DNA of 41,375 nucleotides from a virus (Duplodnaviria; Caudoviricetes): positions 1 to 41,375 of the IMG/VR virus record IMGVR_UViG_3300043393_000053, one strand, 5' to 3'. A model generated the notes under the pieces. The model was given only the letters and a program-made list of their open reading frames with translations. It was not told the origin of the DNA and made no database searches. Positions 22,193 through 32,856 of this stretch are shown here, piece after piece (the stretch's first letter is position 1; each line of letters starts with the position of its first letter). A program made the translations under genes and the position numbers.

Positions 22193-24067
22193 ATGTCAAC
22201 CATCGACAGCACTACCATTATCAACATCACCGCGAATAGCACTAGCGGCGGGCAGGGTGTTGATTTCAGCGGGTTTTCTGGTGCATCTGCACTGCTTATC
22301 AACGACTTGGCTGGTGTTCCTATCCAGTACGCAGTCGATGGGGTGACGTGGAACACTTTGGCAGCCGGTTCGACCGCGACGATTAGCGTAGCCGTCCCCA
22401 ATATGCTGAGATTCCGTAAAACTGTGGAAGACAATTTCCCAGTTCCGCTTTCAGTTGATTTTGACCTATTGGATAAGAGCCTCTCTCCTGAGCAAGTAGC
22501 GGCGGTGAATGTACTCGGGCAATTCACGATCACGCCGCAGATGTACAAGGCCAATGCTGGTATGACAAATGGCACGGAAGATGACGCGGATGCGTTGCTG
22601 GCGTGCGTTGCACTGACTCAAGTTGACGGCGCAACTCGTATCAAGATCGACCTTGGGTCAATGCCGTATCGATGCTCGAAGCCAATCTGCACATTGGCGA
22701 AGAAGCCATTCGAGATGGCCGGCAATGGTGCATGGCTGATCTATGACGCCGCCGCCACTGGCGATTTCATGAGCTTCTCGAACTGCTGGTATGGGGCGGA
22801 CACCACGCTTCTTTCCAACGGCGCAACCAATCCGAGCAGTTCGAACAGCGCTGCTGTTACGTGGCCCGGGCAAAGCTCTAAGCGGGCCGGGGTGTCCCTA
22901 AAGGGGTTCACTGTCGTTGGTGATCGCCGCAGTACACAGACCCAGAACGGCATCATTTTCTATGACCGCAACGATTACGCTACGGTGGAGGATGTCGAGG
23001 TTCACTTCATTAAGGGTATCGGAATTTGCCTGAGCGGTATTCCTTCGGTAGCTGGCACTAACAAAGCGACCGTGATGCGAGAGTCATACATTCGTCGCGT
23101 GCAAGCACGCTGGTGCGGGGACCTCATCACGGGGCGCCCGGCGATGATGCTGAACTGCAACTCGCAGACTTCGGTTAGTGCAGACGATGGCGTCAACTAC
23201 ATGAAGCTGATCGACGTGAAAGTTATCTTTCCGAACGGCGTGGGATTCCAGAACAATTGCCATAACCAAAACACAAACCAAGCCAGCAACAATCAAATTC
23301 AGATTCAAATTGATGCCCCGCAGGGCAACACAGGAGCGTCAAATACTTCGGGATTCTCATCGATCACTAGTGGCGTTCTTACGATATCGGCGGGTGGCAC
23401 GATCACCGGAACCTTTAGCGTCGGCCAGTTCATCACCAACGCGAGCGTGCCGCTGGGCACCTACATCATCTCTCTGGGCACAAGCACAGGAGGCGTCGGC
23501 ACGCTCAACCTCGCAAACCGCACCGAAGACATCTCCGCGCTGACCGTCAGCAGCGGAACTCTTGGCACTCTGCGCACCAACGTGCCGTGTATGCAGCACG
23601 GTGGCGGGCACAACGGTGGCGTGTACGACATCACCATCAACGCATCGAACCTTGTCGGCAACGGTGTGGTCGGCATCGAATTCAACCAGAACGTCCTGAA
23701 CGGCAGCACCGCAAAGCCGGCACTGGGTGTGTGGGACCTGTCAATCGGCTCCATTGACGTAGGACTCGAACTCATCACCTTGAGCAGCGCCGCCGTCCGC
23801 TGGAAGATGCGCAATGCGACTACATCGGTGCGCGTTGGCAACATCACCAAGCAAGTCACGATTGACTTGCTTGTGGACGACCCGGCGGTCAACTTCACAG
23901 TCACGGGTGCGGTGACCAACATCACTGTCACGCCGGGCATGCAGGCTGTCATTTACGGTGCCGCGCTTCCATCATCCGCCAAGTACCCGAACGCATTCAT
24001 GGTCTTAAACAACGGCGGGACCATTACGCGCAGCGTATCTATCGCTGGCGCCTGGGTCGCAGCATAA
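22193..24067 (+). CDS. Large beta-rich accessory virion protein (beta-helix/spike-like)
   Basis: G..DDADAL entry motif followed by N/G/T/S-rich beta repeats. Confidence 0.55.
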   Translation: MSTIDSTTIINITANSTSGGQGVDFSGFSGASALLINDLAGVPIQYAVDGVTWNTLAAGSTATISVAVPNMLRFRKTVEDNFPVPLSVDFDLLDKSLSPEQVAAVNVLGQFTITPQMYKANAGMTNGTEDDADALLACVALTQVDGATRIKIDLGSMPYRCSKPICTLAKKPFEMAGNGAWLIYDAAATGDFMSFSNCWYGADTTLLSNGATNPSSSNSAAVTWPGQSSKRAGVSLKGFTVVGDRRSTQTQNGIIFYDRNDYATVEDVEVHFIKGIGICLSGIPSVAGTNKATVMRESYIRRVQARWCGDLITGRPAMMLNCNSQTSVSADDGVNYMKLIDVKVIFPNGVGFQNNCHNQNTNQASNNQIQIQIDAPQGNTGASNTSGFSSITSGVLTISAGGTITGTFSVGQFITNASVPLGTYIISLGTSTGGVGTLNLANRTEDISALTVSSGTLGTLRTNVPCMQHGGGHNGGVYDITINASNLVGNGVVGIEFNQNVLNGSTAKPALGVWDLSIGSIDVGLELITLSSAAVRWKMRNATTSVRVGNITKQVTIDLLVDDPAVNFTVTGAVTNITVTPGMQAVIYGAALPSSAKYPNAFMVLNNGGTITRSVSIAGAWVAA

Positions 24068-24096
24068 CCCCACCCCACAAAGCACAAGAGGCTGAG

Positions 24097-24300
24097 ATGA
24101 CCGACGAACCGCTGATCTACACCAGCAAAGGCAATCTGCCCATTGCATCGCTCGACTACACGACCACCGCCGAGGTGGTGAACATGAACGTTGTACTGGC
24201 CGAGGAATGGCGCCTTGAAGGCGAAATCGTCAAACGCGCGGTGCATGTTGTTCCGCTGGAAGGTCTCAACATTGGCGCAGAACAAGCGCAGATCGGATAA
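24097..24300 (+). CDS. Hypothetical protein
   Basis: GAGG RBS; PLIYTSKGNLP motif. Confidence 0.65.
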   Translation: MTDEPLIYTSKGNLPIASLDYTTTAEVVNMNVVLAEEWRLEGEIVKRAVHVVPLEGLNIGAEQAQIG

Positions 24301-24303
24301 ACC

Positions 24304-24756
24304 ATGGCTAACTCACAAGCAGTCTCCACGTCGTTCAAAGTTGAATCCATGAACGGCATTCACGCATTCGGCACGACCGTAACTCGGGGCGGCACGGGCG
24401 CTGACACGTTCAAGGCGGCTTTGTTCCTTGCTTCTGGATCGCAGGGCGCAGCCACCACGGCTTACAGCGCTACCAATGAAGTGAGCGGCACCGGCTACAC
24501 GGCTGGCGGCGTCACTTTCACTTGGGTTGCTCCGTCAAGCACTGGCACCACGGCGTTTAGCACGCCAAGCGCTTCGTTTGCGTGGACCACCGCCACCCTT
24601 GCAACAGCCTTTGATGCGGTCACGCTTTACAACAGCACGCAATCGAACAAGGCAGTTGCCACCTACACCTTCGGTTCGCAAACTGTCACGGCGGCAAACT
24701 TTACGCTGACCATGCCAACCAACGACGCAACAACCGGCCTACTGCGCCTGGCCTGA
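24304..24756 (+). CDS. Putative virion structural/decoration protein
   Basis: TFKAALF...TTAYSATNEVSGTGYTAGG...FTLTMP, a pattern widespread in phage virion genes. Confidence 0.7.
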   Translation: MANSQAVSTSFKVESMNGIHAFGTTVTRGGTGADTFKAALFLASGSQGAATTAYSATNEVSGTGYTAGGVTFTWVAPSSTGTTAFSTPSASFAWTTATLATAFDAVTLYNSTQSNKAVATYTFGSQTVTAANFTLTMPTNDATTGLLRLA

Positions 24757-24759
24757 TCC

Positions 24760-25563
24760 ATGGCAATCACCACGCTTGACCAAGCGGCGGCCGGGGCAAA
24801 GCCGCCCGGCTACTTTGCCAAGGCGCTGACTGGCACGTTGGTCGCGGGGCGGCCGTTCAACCCGTGGTATCTGGCGGGCATACCCGCTGCGGCCGTGGCC
24901 CCTGCGCCTGGCTTGGCAGGGGCCGCGCTCACCTCCTACCCGGGGCAGCAACCCATCCCAGCGGCCAGCACCAACACGCACCTGCACCGCTTCTCGGGCA
25001 TCAGCTCGGCTCAGGGCGGCCTGCTGCTGCTGTGCGACAGGCTTTGGCACAACTCGGGCCTGGTGGTCACCACCACCACGGCGCAAACCATCACCAGTGC
25101 GGCCTGGCCGGCGCGCGATGCCAACGGCGCAGTGACGGGTGAACAGGTCTTCATCGGCCTGGAAGTCTCTGCCACCACCGGCGCTGGTACAGCCGCACCC
25201 GTCATCAGCTACACCAACACGGGCAGCACGGCAGGCCGCACCAGCACCACGCTGGATGCCTACGCCGCCACCTCTGCGCAGGGCAGCTTCTACCGCCTCG
25301 GCCTGCAGGCTGGCGACACCGGGGTGAAGTCGATCGAAACCTGCACGCTCGGCGTCAGCATGACCAGCGGCTCGATCTCTCTGGTGGCCTATCGCGTGCT
25401 GGCCACGCTTGAACTCTCGGCCGCCGGGCTCCCGAACGCCGTTGACTTTCTCACGGGCGGCGGGCCTCGCTGCTACGACACGACCGTGCCGTTCCTGCTC
25501 TATATCCCGCAGACGACTACGACAACGCAGCTCACTGGCACTGCTGTTTTCACGCAGGGATAA
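24760..25563 (+). CDS. Putative virion structural protein
   Basis: T/A/G-rich; LLCDRLWHNSG, YTNT.G..GRT, LQAGDTGVKSI. Confidence 0.65.
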   Translation: MAITTLDQAAAGAKPPGYFAKALTGTLVAGRPFNPWYLAGIPAAAVAPAPGLAGAALTSYPGQQPIPAASTNTHLHRFSGISSAQGGLLLLCDRLWHNSGLVVTTTTAQTITSAAWPARDANGAVTGEQVFIGLEVSATTGAGTAAPVISYTNTGSTAGRTSTTLDAYAATSAQGSFYRLGLQAGDTGVKSIETCTLGVSMTSGSISLVAYRVLATLELSAAGLPNAVDFLTGGGPRCYDTTVPFLLYIPQTTTTTQLTGTAVFTQG

Positions 25564-25566
25564 CCA

Positions 25567-26538
25567 ATGTCCGGCCAAGGCCAAAAGCACACTGGCCTAT
25601 TTCTTGCGCGGCGGCGGCGGCGGCAAGGTCTAACTGATCTTGTCGTAAAAACTGCTGGCCCGAGTGCGGCCAAAACAGCGGTAGAAGACTGGCTGTTCCC
25701 AGCCAATGCGGGGGGCGGGGTAACCGTTGCCCTGACTGGTCAAGTCTACGCAGCATCCTCGGGGACACTCACAGCGTCAGGCGTTTTGCCTCTGTCTGGG
25801 CAGCTTGCGACATACGGCCAAGGAACCGTAACCCCTTCTGTTGGGGGTGGGCCGATCAGCGTTGCTCTGACGGGGCAGTCAATCAGCTACGCACAGGGCG
25901 TTATCGCTGCTGCTGTTGGCAAGCCGCTGACGGGTCAGGCTGTTGGATATGCACAAGGGGCACTAGCACCAGCAGTTTCTGCGGTGCTGGTTGGGCAAGT
26001 TGCAACTTACTCGCAGGGGACGCTTAGCCAGGTTCTGTCAGCTTCACTCGCAGGGCTCTCAAGCACCCATCCCCAAGGAACGCTAGCCGCAGCCATCGAC
26101 AAGGCGTTAGGTGGGCAATCGGCGGCCTATTCGCAAGGCGACTTAGGGGTTATCAATGAAAGCGCGCCTGTAGGCAGCGGGGGTGGAGGTTCGGCTCCCG
26201 GGGGGATGCTTCACCGCTATAAGCTACTGCAAGCCTTCAAAGACAAGCAAGAAAGAGACGAAGCAGTTAGCAAACTGCCGAAGGCAAGCGAACGTGAGCG
26301 CGTGGTTTTGCGGAAATCAGCTCGCGCACTCATTAAGTCAGAGCCTGTCAATTATAAGGAACTGGAAACTAGGGTATCCAAAGACCTAGAATCTATCGGC
26401 CTTGCGCCCGCGCCGAATCATCTAGATTGGTTGCTGTATTTTCTGCGGGTGGAAGCGCATGCAATCGCCCAAGCACAAAAGATTGCACAAGAAGATGAAG
26501 ACTTGATGCAAGTCCTGTTGATGGCACTCATGGAGTAA
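25567..26538 (+). CDS. Repeat-containing fibre-like protein
   Basis: About seven 20-aa LxGQxxxYxQGxL repeats, Gly linker, helical C-terminus. Confidence 0.65.
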   Translation: MSGQGQKHTGLFLARRRRRQGLTDLVVKTAGPSAAKTAVEDWLFPANAGGGVTVALTGQVYAASSGTLTASGVLPLSGQLATYGQGTVTPSVGGGPISVALTGQSISYAQGVIAAAVGKPLTGQAVGYAQGALAPAVSAVLVGQVATYSQGTLSQVLSASLAGLSSTHPQGTLAAAIDKALGGQSAAYSQGDLGVINESAPVGSGGGGSAPGGMLHRYKLLQAFKDKQERDEAVSKLPKASERERVVLRKSARALIKSEPVNYKELETRVSKDLESIGLAPAPNHLDWLLYFLRVEAHAIAQAQKIAQEDEDLMQVLLMALME

Positions 26539-26540
26539 CT

Positions 26541-26834
26541 ATGGACGATATCGACAAGATCACTCGGGGTCAGGCCGCAGAAAGATTGCTCGCTGATCCA
26601 CTGTTAGTCGAGTGCTTGACCGCGCTTGAACTGAATGCAACGGCTCGCCTTCGGGCATCCGATGTGAATGACACGCAACTACTGCAAACCCTGGCAATCA
26701 GTTTGCAGGCGATCAGTGGGTTTCGCCGTCAGCTAGAAATGGTTGCCAGAGATGGCGCCAGCGCGCTCGAAAAGGAGTCGCAAACGTCGTTTGCATCACC
26801 TAATCGGCGCAATTTTGCGTCTATTGGCGCTTGA
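26541..26834 (+). CDS. Conserved small head-module protein
   Basis: RGQAAERLLADPLLVE motif; GGAG RBS; precedes the scaffold. Confidence 0.7.
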   Translation: MDDIDKITRGQAAERLLADPLLVECLTALELNATARLRASDVNDTQLLQTLAISLQAISGFRRQLEMVARDGASALEKESQTSFASPNRRNFASIGA

Positions 26835-26860
26835 AATCAACCTAAAAGGGGTTTACCATC

Positions 26861-27826
26861 ATGGCACTTGAACTCGCAACCCAGCAGGCAGCCGGCAACG
26901 CCGACAACTCGCCAGCGGACGAGCCCGAATATGCGTCCCTTTTGGACGAGTCAGACGGGCTGGATATTGCAGACCCGAACGACCAGACCGAGCAGGACGC
27001 CGCCGACGCGGACCCTGACGCGCCCGACGAGGGTGATGATGGCAAGACGGACGGGCGAGATGCGATTAGCGTCACTGACGATGCAACGCTCAAGCTAGAC
27101 GGAAAGGACGTGACTGTTCGAGAGTTGAAAGAGACTTTCACCACGTTCCAGCGCAAGACACAGGAATACGCGGAAGCGGATGTGCAGCGCGAAGTCCAGG
27201 CTCGAAGCGCAATTGCAGCGGTGCAGGAAGAGGCGGCCCAACGTGTGGCCACCATCGCGAATTCCATCAATGACTTGGTTCTGCCAGGTGTGGACATGAG
27301 CGTGATTTCGCGCTTGCGTCTTGAAGACCCAGCGAAAGCCGGGGAATTGCTGACGAATCTGCAAATTGTCGAGCGTTGGAAGAATGACATGATGGCCAAA
27401 GCTAACGAGCTTTGGAATCAGTCGCAAAACCAGCGAACGGCGGCCGACCAGAAACGGATGCAGGCTCAGAATGAACTGCTTCAATCGGAAGGCGCAAAGC
27501 TAGCCGATGCCAAGTGGTTTAACGACGACTTCAAGATCAAAGCGAAATCGTTTCTCAAGTCGCACGGTGTGCCTGAGGCGTTTGCAAGTCAGATTCCGTA
27601 TGCCGGTGGAATGGAGATCATCCGCAAGGCCATGGCATACGACAAGGCCCACGCAGACCTGAAGGCTGGTAAGCAGCCGAGTCAGTCCCCACAAGTCCCG
27701 GCCTCCGGCAAAGCCCGCGAGGCCACTGCCCGACAACGCGCGGCGCAGGCGTTTGATGCCGCAACCAAACCCTCGGCTACCAAGCGTGACACTGCCCGCG
27801 CCTATGCCTCTCTTCTGGGGGGCTGA
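26861..27826 (+). CDS. Capsid scaffolding protein
   Basis: Acidic N-terminus, LKLDGKDVTVREL...FQRKTQE, coiled coil. Confidence 0.85.
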   Translation: MALELATQQAAGNADNSPADEPEYASLLDESDGLDIADPNDQTEQDAADADPDAPDEGDDGKTDGRDAISVTDDATLKLDGKDVTVRELKETFTTFQRKTQEYAEADVQREVQARSAIAAVQEEAAQRVATIANSINDLVLPGVDMSVISRLRLEDPAKAGELLTNLQIVERWKNDMMAKANELWNQSQNQRTAADQKRMQAQNELLQSEGAKLADAKWFNDDFKIKAKSFLKSHGVPEAFASQIPYAGGMEIIRKAMAYDKAHADLKAGKQPSQSPQVPASGKAREATARQRAAQAFDAATKPSATKRDTARAYASLLGG

Positions 27827-27838
27827 AGGAAATGAGAA

Positions 27839-28816
27839 ATGACTGCACCTACCAATACCTACACCACGTACACCTCGCGTGGTCAGGCCGAAGACGTTGA
27901 CAACAAGATCTACAACCTTGACCCGGAGGAAACGCCGTTCGCATCGGCGGCTGACTCCGAGCAGGTTGTCTCGAAAAGTCCTCAGTGGCAGGAAGACACC
28001 TACTTCACGCCGAACAAGGATAACGCTGCGGTTGAAGGCGACGACTTCTCCGGTCGCGCCATCACCCCGACGACTGTTCTGACGAACACGATGCAAACGA
28101 TCCGTGAGGACATCGTTACTTCGGGCATCAACAACGCTATTAAGAAGTACGGCCGCGGCCAGGGCGCCGACAGCGAGCAGGACTATCAAACCCGCAAGGC
28201 GATGATTGCGATCAAGCGCCACGTCGAAGCCGCGATGCTGTCCAACAACATCGGCGTTGTGGGCAACACCACTACGGCGGCGAAGATGGCAGGTTTGGAG
28301 CTGCTCACCGACATCAACCCCTCGCACGGCGCCGGTGGTTCTACGGTGGCGGTTGTCAACGGCACCTTGCCGGTGGTTGCTCCGACCGATGGCACGACCC
28401 GCGCGCTGACCTCGGCCATCTTCACGGCTGGCCTGCAAGCCATGTGGCAGAACGGCGCGAAGCCAAAGATCACCTATCTGTCAATGGGCCAAAAGGCGGT
28501 GGTGAACACGTTCACTTCGGTGGCTTCGCAGCGCAATGACACCCCGCCGAGCGGCATGGCGAAGATCATCGGCGCAGTTGACGTGTACCAGTGGGAAACC
28601 GGCCCGGTCGCCTTCGTCCCGATCTACAACACGCAGATTCGTTCGCGCACGTTGTTCATCACCGATGGCGATTCGATCAGCCGGAACTTCATCCGCCCGA
28701 TCAAGAAGTCTCGCATGGGCACCACGGGTGACAGCACGAAGGACATTCTGATCACGGACGTGACCCTGAAGGTCAAGAACCGCCGTGGTGTGCTGAAGAT
28801 CGCCGACCTCACCTAA
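27839..28816 (+). CDS. Major capsid protein (SU10-like/DUF5309)
   Basis: EDV...IYNLDPEETPF...WQED...NAAVEGDD...N..Q...TGDS.K. Confidence 0.9.
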   Translation: MTAPTNTYTTYTSRGQAEDVDNKIYNLDPEETPFASAADSEQVVSKSPQWQEDTYFTPNKDNAAVEGDDFSGRAITPTTVLTNTMQTIREDIVTSGINNAIKKYGRGQGADSEQDYQTRKAMIAIKRHVEAAMLSNNIGVVGNTTTAAKMAGLELLTDINPSHGAGGSTVAVVNGTLPVVAPTDGTTRALTSAIFTAGLQAMWQNGAKPKITYLSMGQKAVVNTFTSVASQRNDTPPSGMAKIIGAVDVYQWETGPVAFVPIYNTQIRSRTLFITDGDSISRNFIRPIKKSRMGTTGDSTKDILITDVTLKVKNRRGVLKIADLT

Positions 28817-28838
28817 TCTCTCCTGGGTGAAGTGTGTT

Positions 28839-28864
28839 GGGGTGGGCTTCGGCTCACCCCTTTT
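28839..28864 (+). terminator. Intrinsic terminator after the capsid gene
   Basis: GGGGTGGGC-TTCG-GCTCACCCC-TTTT. Confidence 0.8.
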
Positions 28865-28875
28865 CTGGAGGAAGC

Positions 28876-29211
28876 ATGGCATTCCAGCAAACGCGACAAA
28901 CCGCCTACGGGTTCGAGACTTTCCACGAGAACCCGGATCGCCCGGGCGAGTACGTCATTCAGAAGACTTTCGACCGCGACCCGATCATTGAATCTTGCAC
29001 TCAGATTCGTAATGAGGTGGACCAGCGCGGGCGTGAGCTTCGATTAGCAATGCGCATCCCGCCGACCTTGTTTTGGCAGTGGCTGCAAGATGGCACTTTG
29101 ACGGACGAGGACTACACCTCTGTGAATGGTGGTGGCATCGCCATCAAGCCGGAGAAGCTACAGCAGTGCATGCGCGAGTACAGCAAGCTCGCGTGCATGG
29201 ATAGCCTGTAA
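28876..29211 (+). CDS. Hypothetical virion-module protein
   Basis: GGAGG RBS; follows the capsid gene. Confidence 0.7.
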   Translation: MAFQQTRQTAYGFETFHENPDRPGEYVIQKTFDRDPIIESCTQIRNEVDQRGRELRLAMRIPPTLFWQWLQDGTLTDEDYTSVNGGGIAIKPEKLQQCMREYSKLACMDSL

Positions 29212-29834
29212 TGGCAATCACCACGTACAGCGAGCTTCAAACCGCAGTTGCGTCTTGGACGAACAAGACGAATCTGACTGCGCGCATTCCTGAATTCATC
29301 GCGCTTGCAGAAGTGCGGATTTGGGCGAAGTTGCGTGCGAAGTCGCTCACTAAAGACATGTCAATTGCATATGTCGCGGCCGATACGGCAAAGGCGCTCC
29401 CGTCTGACCTAATCAGCGTGGTGAGCCTGCGCGATACCGCTACTGGACGAAGCGGAGTGTGCGAGGTGGTGAGTTATGACCGCTTCCAAGAGCTGCAATC
29501 GAACAGCGTGCTTTTGATCAACTCAGCGACACAGTTGTGCGTGACTGGCCGACAACTTCTGTTCGTCGTCCCCCCGACAGTTTCAGGAACCATCGTTGGG
29601 CGATATCTTGCCAAAGAGCCAGCATTGTCCACTGTGGCGACGAATGAAATTCTGACGCAGTACCCAGACCTCTACCTCTTCGGCTCGCTCTGCGAAGCAT
29701 ACGACTATCTCCATGATGATCAGAACGTCATGAAGTACACCGCGCGCTTTGAAGCCGCGATGGATGCCGCGAACACGCAGCACGCTTATATCGGCGAGCG
29801 CGCGTATCGCTCACCGCGCATGACGGTGGTTTGA
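29211..29834 (+). CDS. Head-tail adaptor / tail tubular protein A-like
   Basis: MAITTYSELQTAVASW...IPEFIALAE...YPDLYLFGSL.EA. Confidence 0.8.
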   Translation: MAITTYSELQTAVASWTNKTNLTARIPEFIALAEVRIWAKLRAKSLTKDMSIAYVAADTAKALPSDLISVVSLRDTATGRSGVCEVVSYDRFQELQSNSVLLINSATQLCVTGRQLLFVVPPTVSGTIVGRYLAKEPALSTVATNEILTQYPDLYLFGSLCEAYDYLHDDQNVMKYTARFEAAMDAANTQHAYIGERAYRSPRMTVV

Positions 29835-31297
29835 TGATAGAGCTACTCGGATTCCTGCCCGACACCGACCCGGCTAACCCGGGCGTGTTGACGAACTGCG
29901 CGAATCTGATTCCGACCGAGCGGGGAATGATGGGCGCCCCCTCACCTGCTACGGCCGTGGTTGGCCTTGCAGCCCTGCCTGCTGAATGCCGTGGGGCTGC
30001 TGTGCTTGTGGACACCGCAGGAACTCTCCGAAACTTTGCAGGTACGCAGACCAAGCTCTATGAACTGAGCGCAGCAACATGGACCGACCGTAGCCGAGCC
30101 GGCAATTACACCGGGTCAAGCGATAACCGCTGGTCGTTTGCTCAATTCGGGAATGTGGCCCTTGCAAGCAATCTTACCGAGGTGATTCAAGCCAGCGCAT
30201 CCGGCGCGTTTGCCGATGTGGCAACAGCCCCCAAGGCGAAGATCATCATTTCGGCAAAGGATGTGGTGATCGCGCTAGGAACGAATGATGGAACCTTCGG
30301 CAATCTGCCCGATGGGTGGTGGTGTAGCGCCTTCCAAGACTATTCAAGCTGGACGCCGAGCGTGACCACCTCCGCAGCCCGAGGGCGTCTTGTGGGCGTT
30401 CCTGGGGGGCTTACTGCGGGGGCAATGCTAGGCGCCTATGTGGTTGCTTACAAAGAGCGCGGCGCCTACCTAGGGCAAATCCAAATCGGCACGCCAGGTA
30501 CGATCCAATGGGACCAGGTCCCGGGTGAATTTGGGTGTGTCGGGCAAGATGCCGTAGTCGATATTGGCGGCGCTCATTTCATTGTCGGGCCGGATAACTT
30601 TTGGCTCTTTGACGGAACTCGCCCAATTGCCATCGGAGTGAATGAAGTTCGGCAGTGGTTTTACAACGACTCAAGCCCGACCTATCGCTATCGAACCATC
30701 GTCTATTTTGACCGGCAGAATTCTCGTGTGTGGGTGCACTATGCATCGTCTGCATCCGCTGCTGGGCAGCCGGATCGGGCGCTTGTTTACAACATCCTGT
30801 CCAAGAAATGGGGCCGGGCTGATCGTTCGATTGAAGCGGTGTTCCAGTTTGTCACGCCAGGCCTGACGTGGGACACGCTGGACACCATCGCGGCCACTTG
30901 GGACACGCTCCCCAATGTGTCGTGGGACTCACAGTATTGGCAGGCAGCCGGTCGGGCGCTGGGCTACTTTGACACCTCGCACAATCTCTACACGCTGACC
31001 GGGCAAAGCACTGGGTCTAGCTTTGTCACTGGTGACATTGGGGATGACATCGTTTCGAGCTACACGAACCGGGTGAAGGTGCATTACATCACTGCCCCAT
31101 CGACCAGCGCAACAGCCACGGGCTACAGCAAAGAGACCTCGGGTGAAGGCCTGACGACTAACGACACCCAGCCCTATGCGGACGGGAAATTTGACCTCCG
31201 CCAATCGGGCCGCTGGCACCGCTATTCGGTAACCCATGTGGGCGATGCCGAGGTGCGGGCCTATGACCCGCAATTGAAGCCAGAAGGAGTACGGTAA
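29834..31297 (+). CDS. Tail nozzle / packaged-DNA stabilisation protein
   Basis: Beta-propeller-like, W-rich; position after the adaptor. Confidence 0.75.
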   Translation: MIELLGFLPDTDPANPGVLTNCANLIPTERGMMGAPSPATAVVGLAALPAECRGAAVLVDTAGTLRNFAGTQTKLYELSAATWTDRSRAGNYTGSSDNRWSFAQFGNVALASNLTEVIQASASGAFADVATAPKAKIIISAKDVVIALGTNDGTFGNLPDGWWCSAFQDYSSWTPSVTTSAARGRLVGVPGGLTAGAMLGAYVVAYKERGAYLGQIQIGTPGTIQWDQVPGEFGCVGQDAVVDIGGAHFIVGPDNFWLFDGTRPIAIGVNEVRQWFYNDSSPTYRYRTIVYFDRQNSRVWVHYASSASAAGQPDRALVYNILSKKWGRADRSIEAVFQFVTPGLTWDTLDTIAATWDTLPNVSWDSQYWQAAGRALGYFDTSHNLYTLTGQSTGSSFVTGDIGDDIVSSYTNRVKVHYITAPSTSATATGYSKETSGEGLTTNDTQPYADGKFDLRQSGRWHRYSVTHVGDAEVRAYDPQLKPEGVR

Positions 31298-31632
31298 TGG
31301 CTCGCCTTGGTGATCCGATCCTGCCGATCAGCCCCGAATCGGCCTATGACGCGCAGTTGAATCGCAAGCTGTTGGACTTCTTCCGCGTGCTGGTCAACAA
31401 GGTGAACGGGCTGGCTTCGGGGGTGTTCACGCACTCTGCTGACAATGCGTTGCCTTCCATCCCGACAAGCGGGACATACGCGCGTGATGACTTCGTGCCC
31501 AAGTCAAGCAGGGTCGAGGCAGGTGTAGCAACACAGAAATATGTCGTGCTTGGCTGGCTCCGGTTGACAGGTGGATCGGCTCATGTCGCTAATGTCGATT
31601 GGGTCGAAGTCAGGATTTTGACAGGCAACTAA
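31297..31632 (+). CDS. Small tail-associated protein
   Basis: Coupled ORF in the tail module. Confidence 0.6.
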   Translation: MARLGDPILPISPESAYDAQLNRKLLDFFRVLVNKVNGLASGVFTHSADNALPSIPTSGTYARDDFVPKSSRVEAGVATQKYVVLGWLRLTGGSAHVANVDWVEVRILTGN

Positions 31633-32039
31633 TGGACCTCTTCGTCTGCCAACCTCACGAAATTGATCGCGCATGGCGGGACGGCGCAGACACGCTCGGC
31701 GAGGCAGTGAAGCATGCGCAGCGCGAGGTGACGCTCGATCAATTGAAGATGCTTCTAAGCCGCAACGAACGCACCCTGATCGGCCTGCGTGAAGGTCAAG
31801 ACGTGAAGGGCTGGGCAGCGGTAGGCGTGCAGCAACTTCCCAACATCCGCGTCATGTACGTCTATGCGATGGCAGGCAAAGGAATCTGCACGATTGAAGG
31901 TTTCGACTTGCTCAAAAAGTACGCAGAGGCAAACGGCTGTAGTTCAGTCCGTGGTGCTGTTCGCGCATCCGTCATGCGCATGATGCAACAACGATTCGGG
32001 GCGCAGCCTCTGTACCAAACCTTTGAATGTGAGGTCTGA
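31632..32039 (+). CDS. GNAT-like protein of the podovirus tail module
   Basis: Position before ejection proteins; YAEANGCSSVRG motif. Confidence 0.55.
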   Translation: MDLFVCQPHEIDRAWRDGADTLGEAVKHAQREVTLDQLKMLLSRNERTLIGLREGQDVKGWAAVGVQQLPNIRVMYVYAMAGKGICTIEGFDLLKKYAEANGCSSVRGAVRASVMRMMQQRFGAQPLYQTFECEV

Positions 32040-32040
32040 A

Positions 32041-32856
32041 ATGTCAGGCGGCAGCGATACCACAACGACTAGTCAATCCATCCCGGATTGGATGCGGCCC
32101 TACGCCGAGAACTATATGCAGGCTTCCACGCAAGTGGCGAACCTGCCATATCAGTCTTATGGTGGGCAGACCACGGCGCAACTCAACCCGTACCAGACGG
32201 CGGGTTACAACGCGCAGGCACAGCGAGCAATTCAAGGCTCGGGGGTGAACGATGCCGCGTCAGGCCAGTTGCAGGACACCTTGAACGGGAAGTATCTCAA
32301 CAACAATCCGTATCTTGACCAGACGATCAACGCCGCGCAAAGCGACGCCATCCGTGGGTATAACCAATCCATTGTGCCGAGCCAGAATGCAGCGATGGCC
32401 CGAAGTGGCAGTTTTGGGAACTCGGGAATTCAGCAATCCATCGACAACCAAAACCACGACTTCGGTCAAACCCTTGGGAACATCGGTTCGACCATCCGAG
32501 CGAACGACTACGGCAACGAACGCAGCCGGCAAATGAGTGCGATTGGCATGGCCCCGAGCATTGCCAATCAGGATTACGTCGATGCTTCTGCCTTGCAAAA
32601 CGCTGGGCAGGGTTTCCAGTCGCAGGAACAAAAGAACCTGACCGACCAATACGGCCGCTTCCAAGAAGCGAACAACTACCCGCAGACTCAATTGAACACG
32701 CTTGGCAAGGGCCTGGGGTTCAATTTTGGGCAGAACAGCAGTAGCACCGGCCCCGGAACGAACGGGTGGGCGCAAGGAGTTGGCACGGCCGCGACGATGT
32801 ACGGCCTGAGCAACTACGGCAATAACTCGACCACGACCAGTGGAGGTGGGAAGTGA
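32041..32856 (+). CDS. Internal virion/ejection protein
   Basis: SGGSDTTTTSQSIPDWMRPY; Q/N/G-rich. Confidence 0.75.
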   Translation: MSGGSDTTTTSQSIPDWMRPYAENYMQASTQVANLPYQSYGGQTTAQLNPYQTAGYNAQAQRAIQGSGVNDAASGQLQDTLNGKYLNNNPYLDQTINAAQSDAIRGYNQSIVPSQNAAMARSGSFGNSGIQQSIDNQNHDFGQTLGNIGSTIRANDYGNERSRQMSAIGMAPSIANQDYVDASALQNAGQGFQSQEQKNLTDQYGRFQEANNYPQTQLNTLGKGLGFNFGQNSSSTGPGTNGWAQGVGTAATMYGLSNYGNNSTTTSGGGK

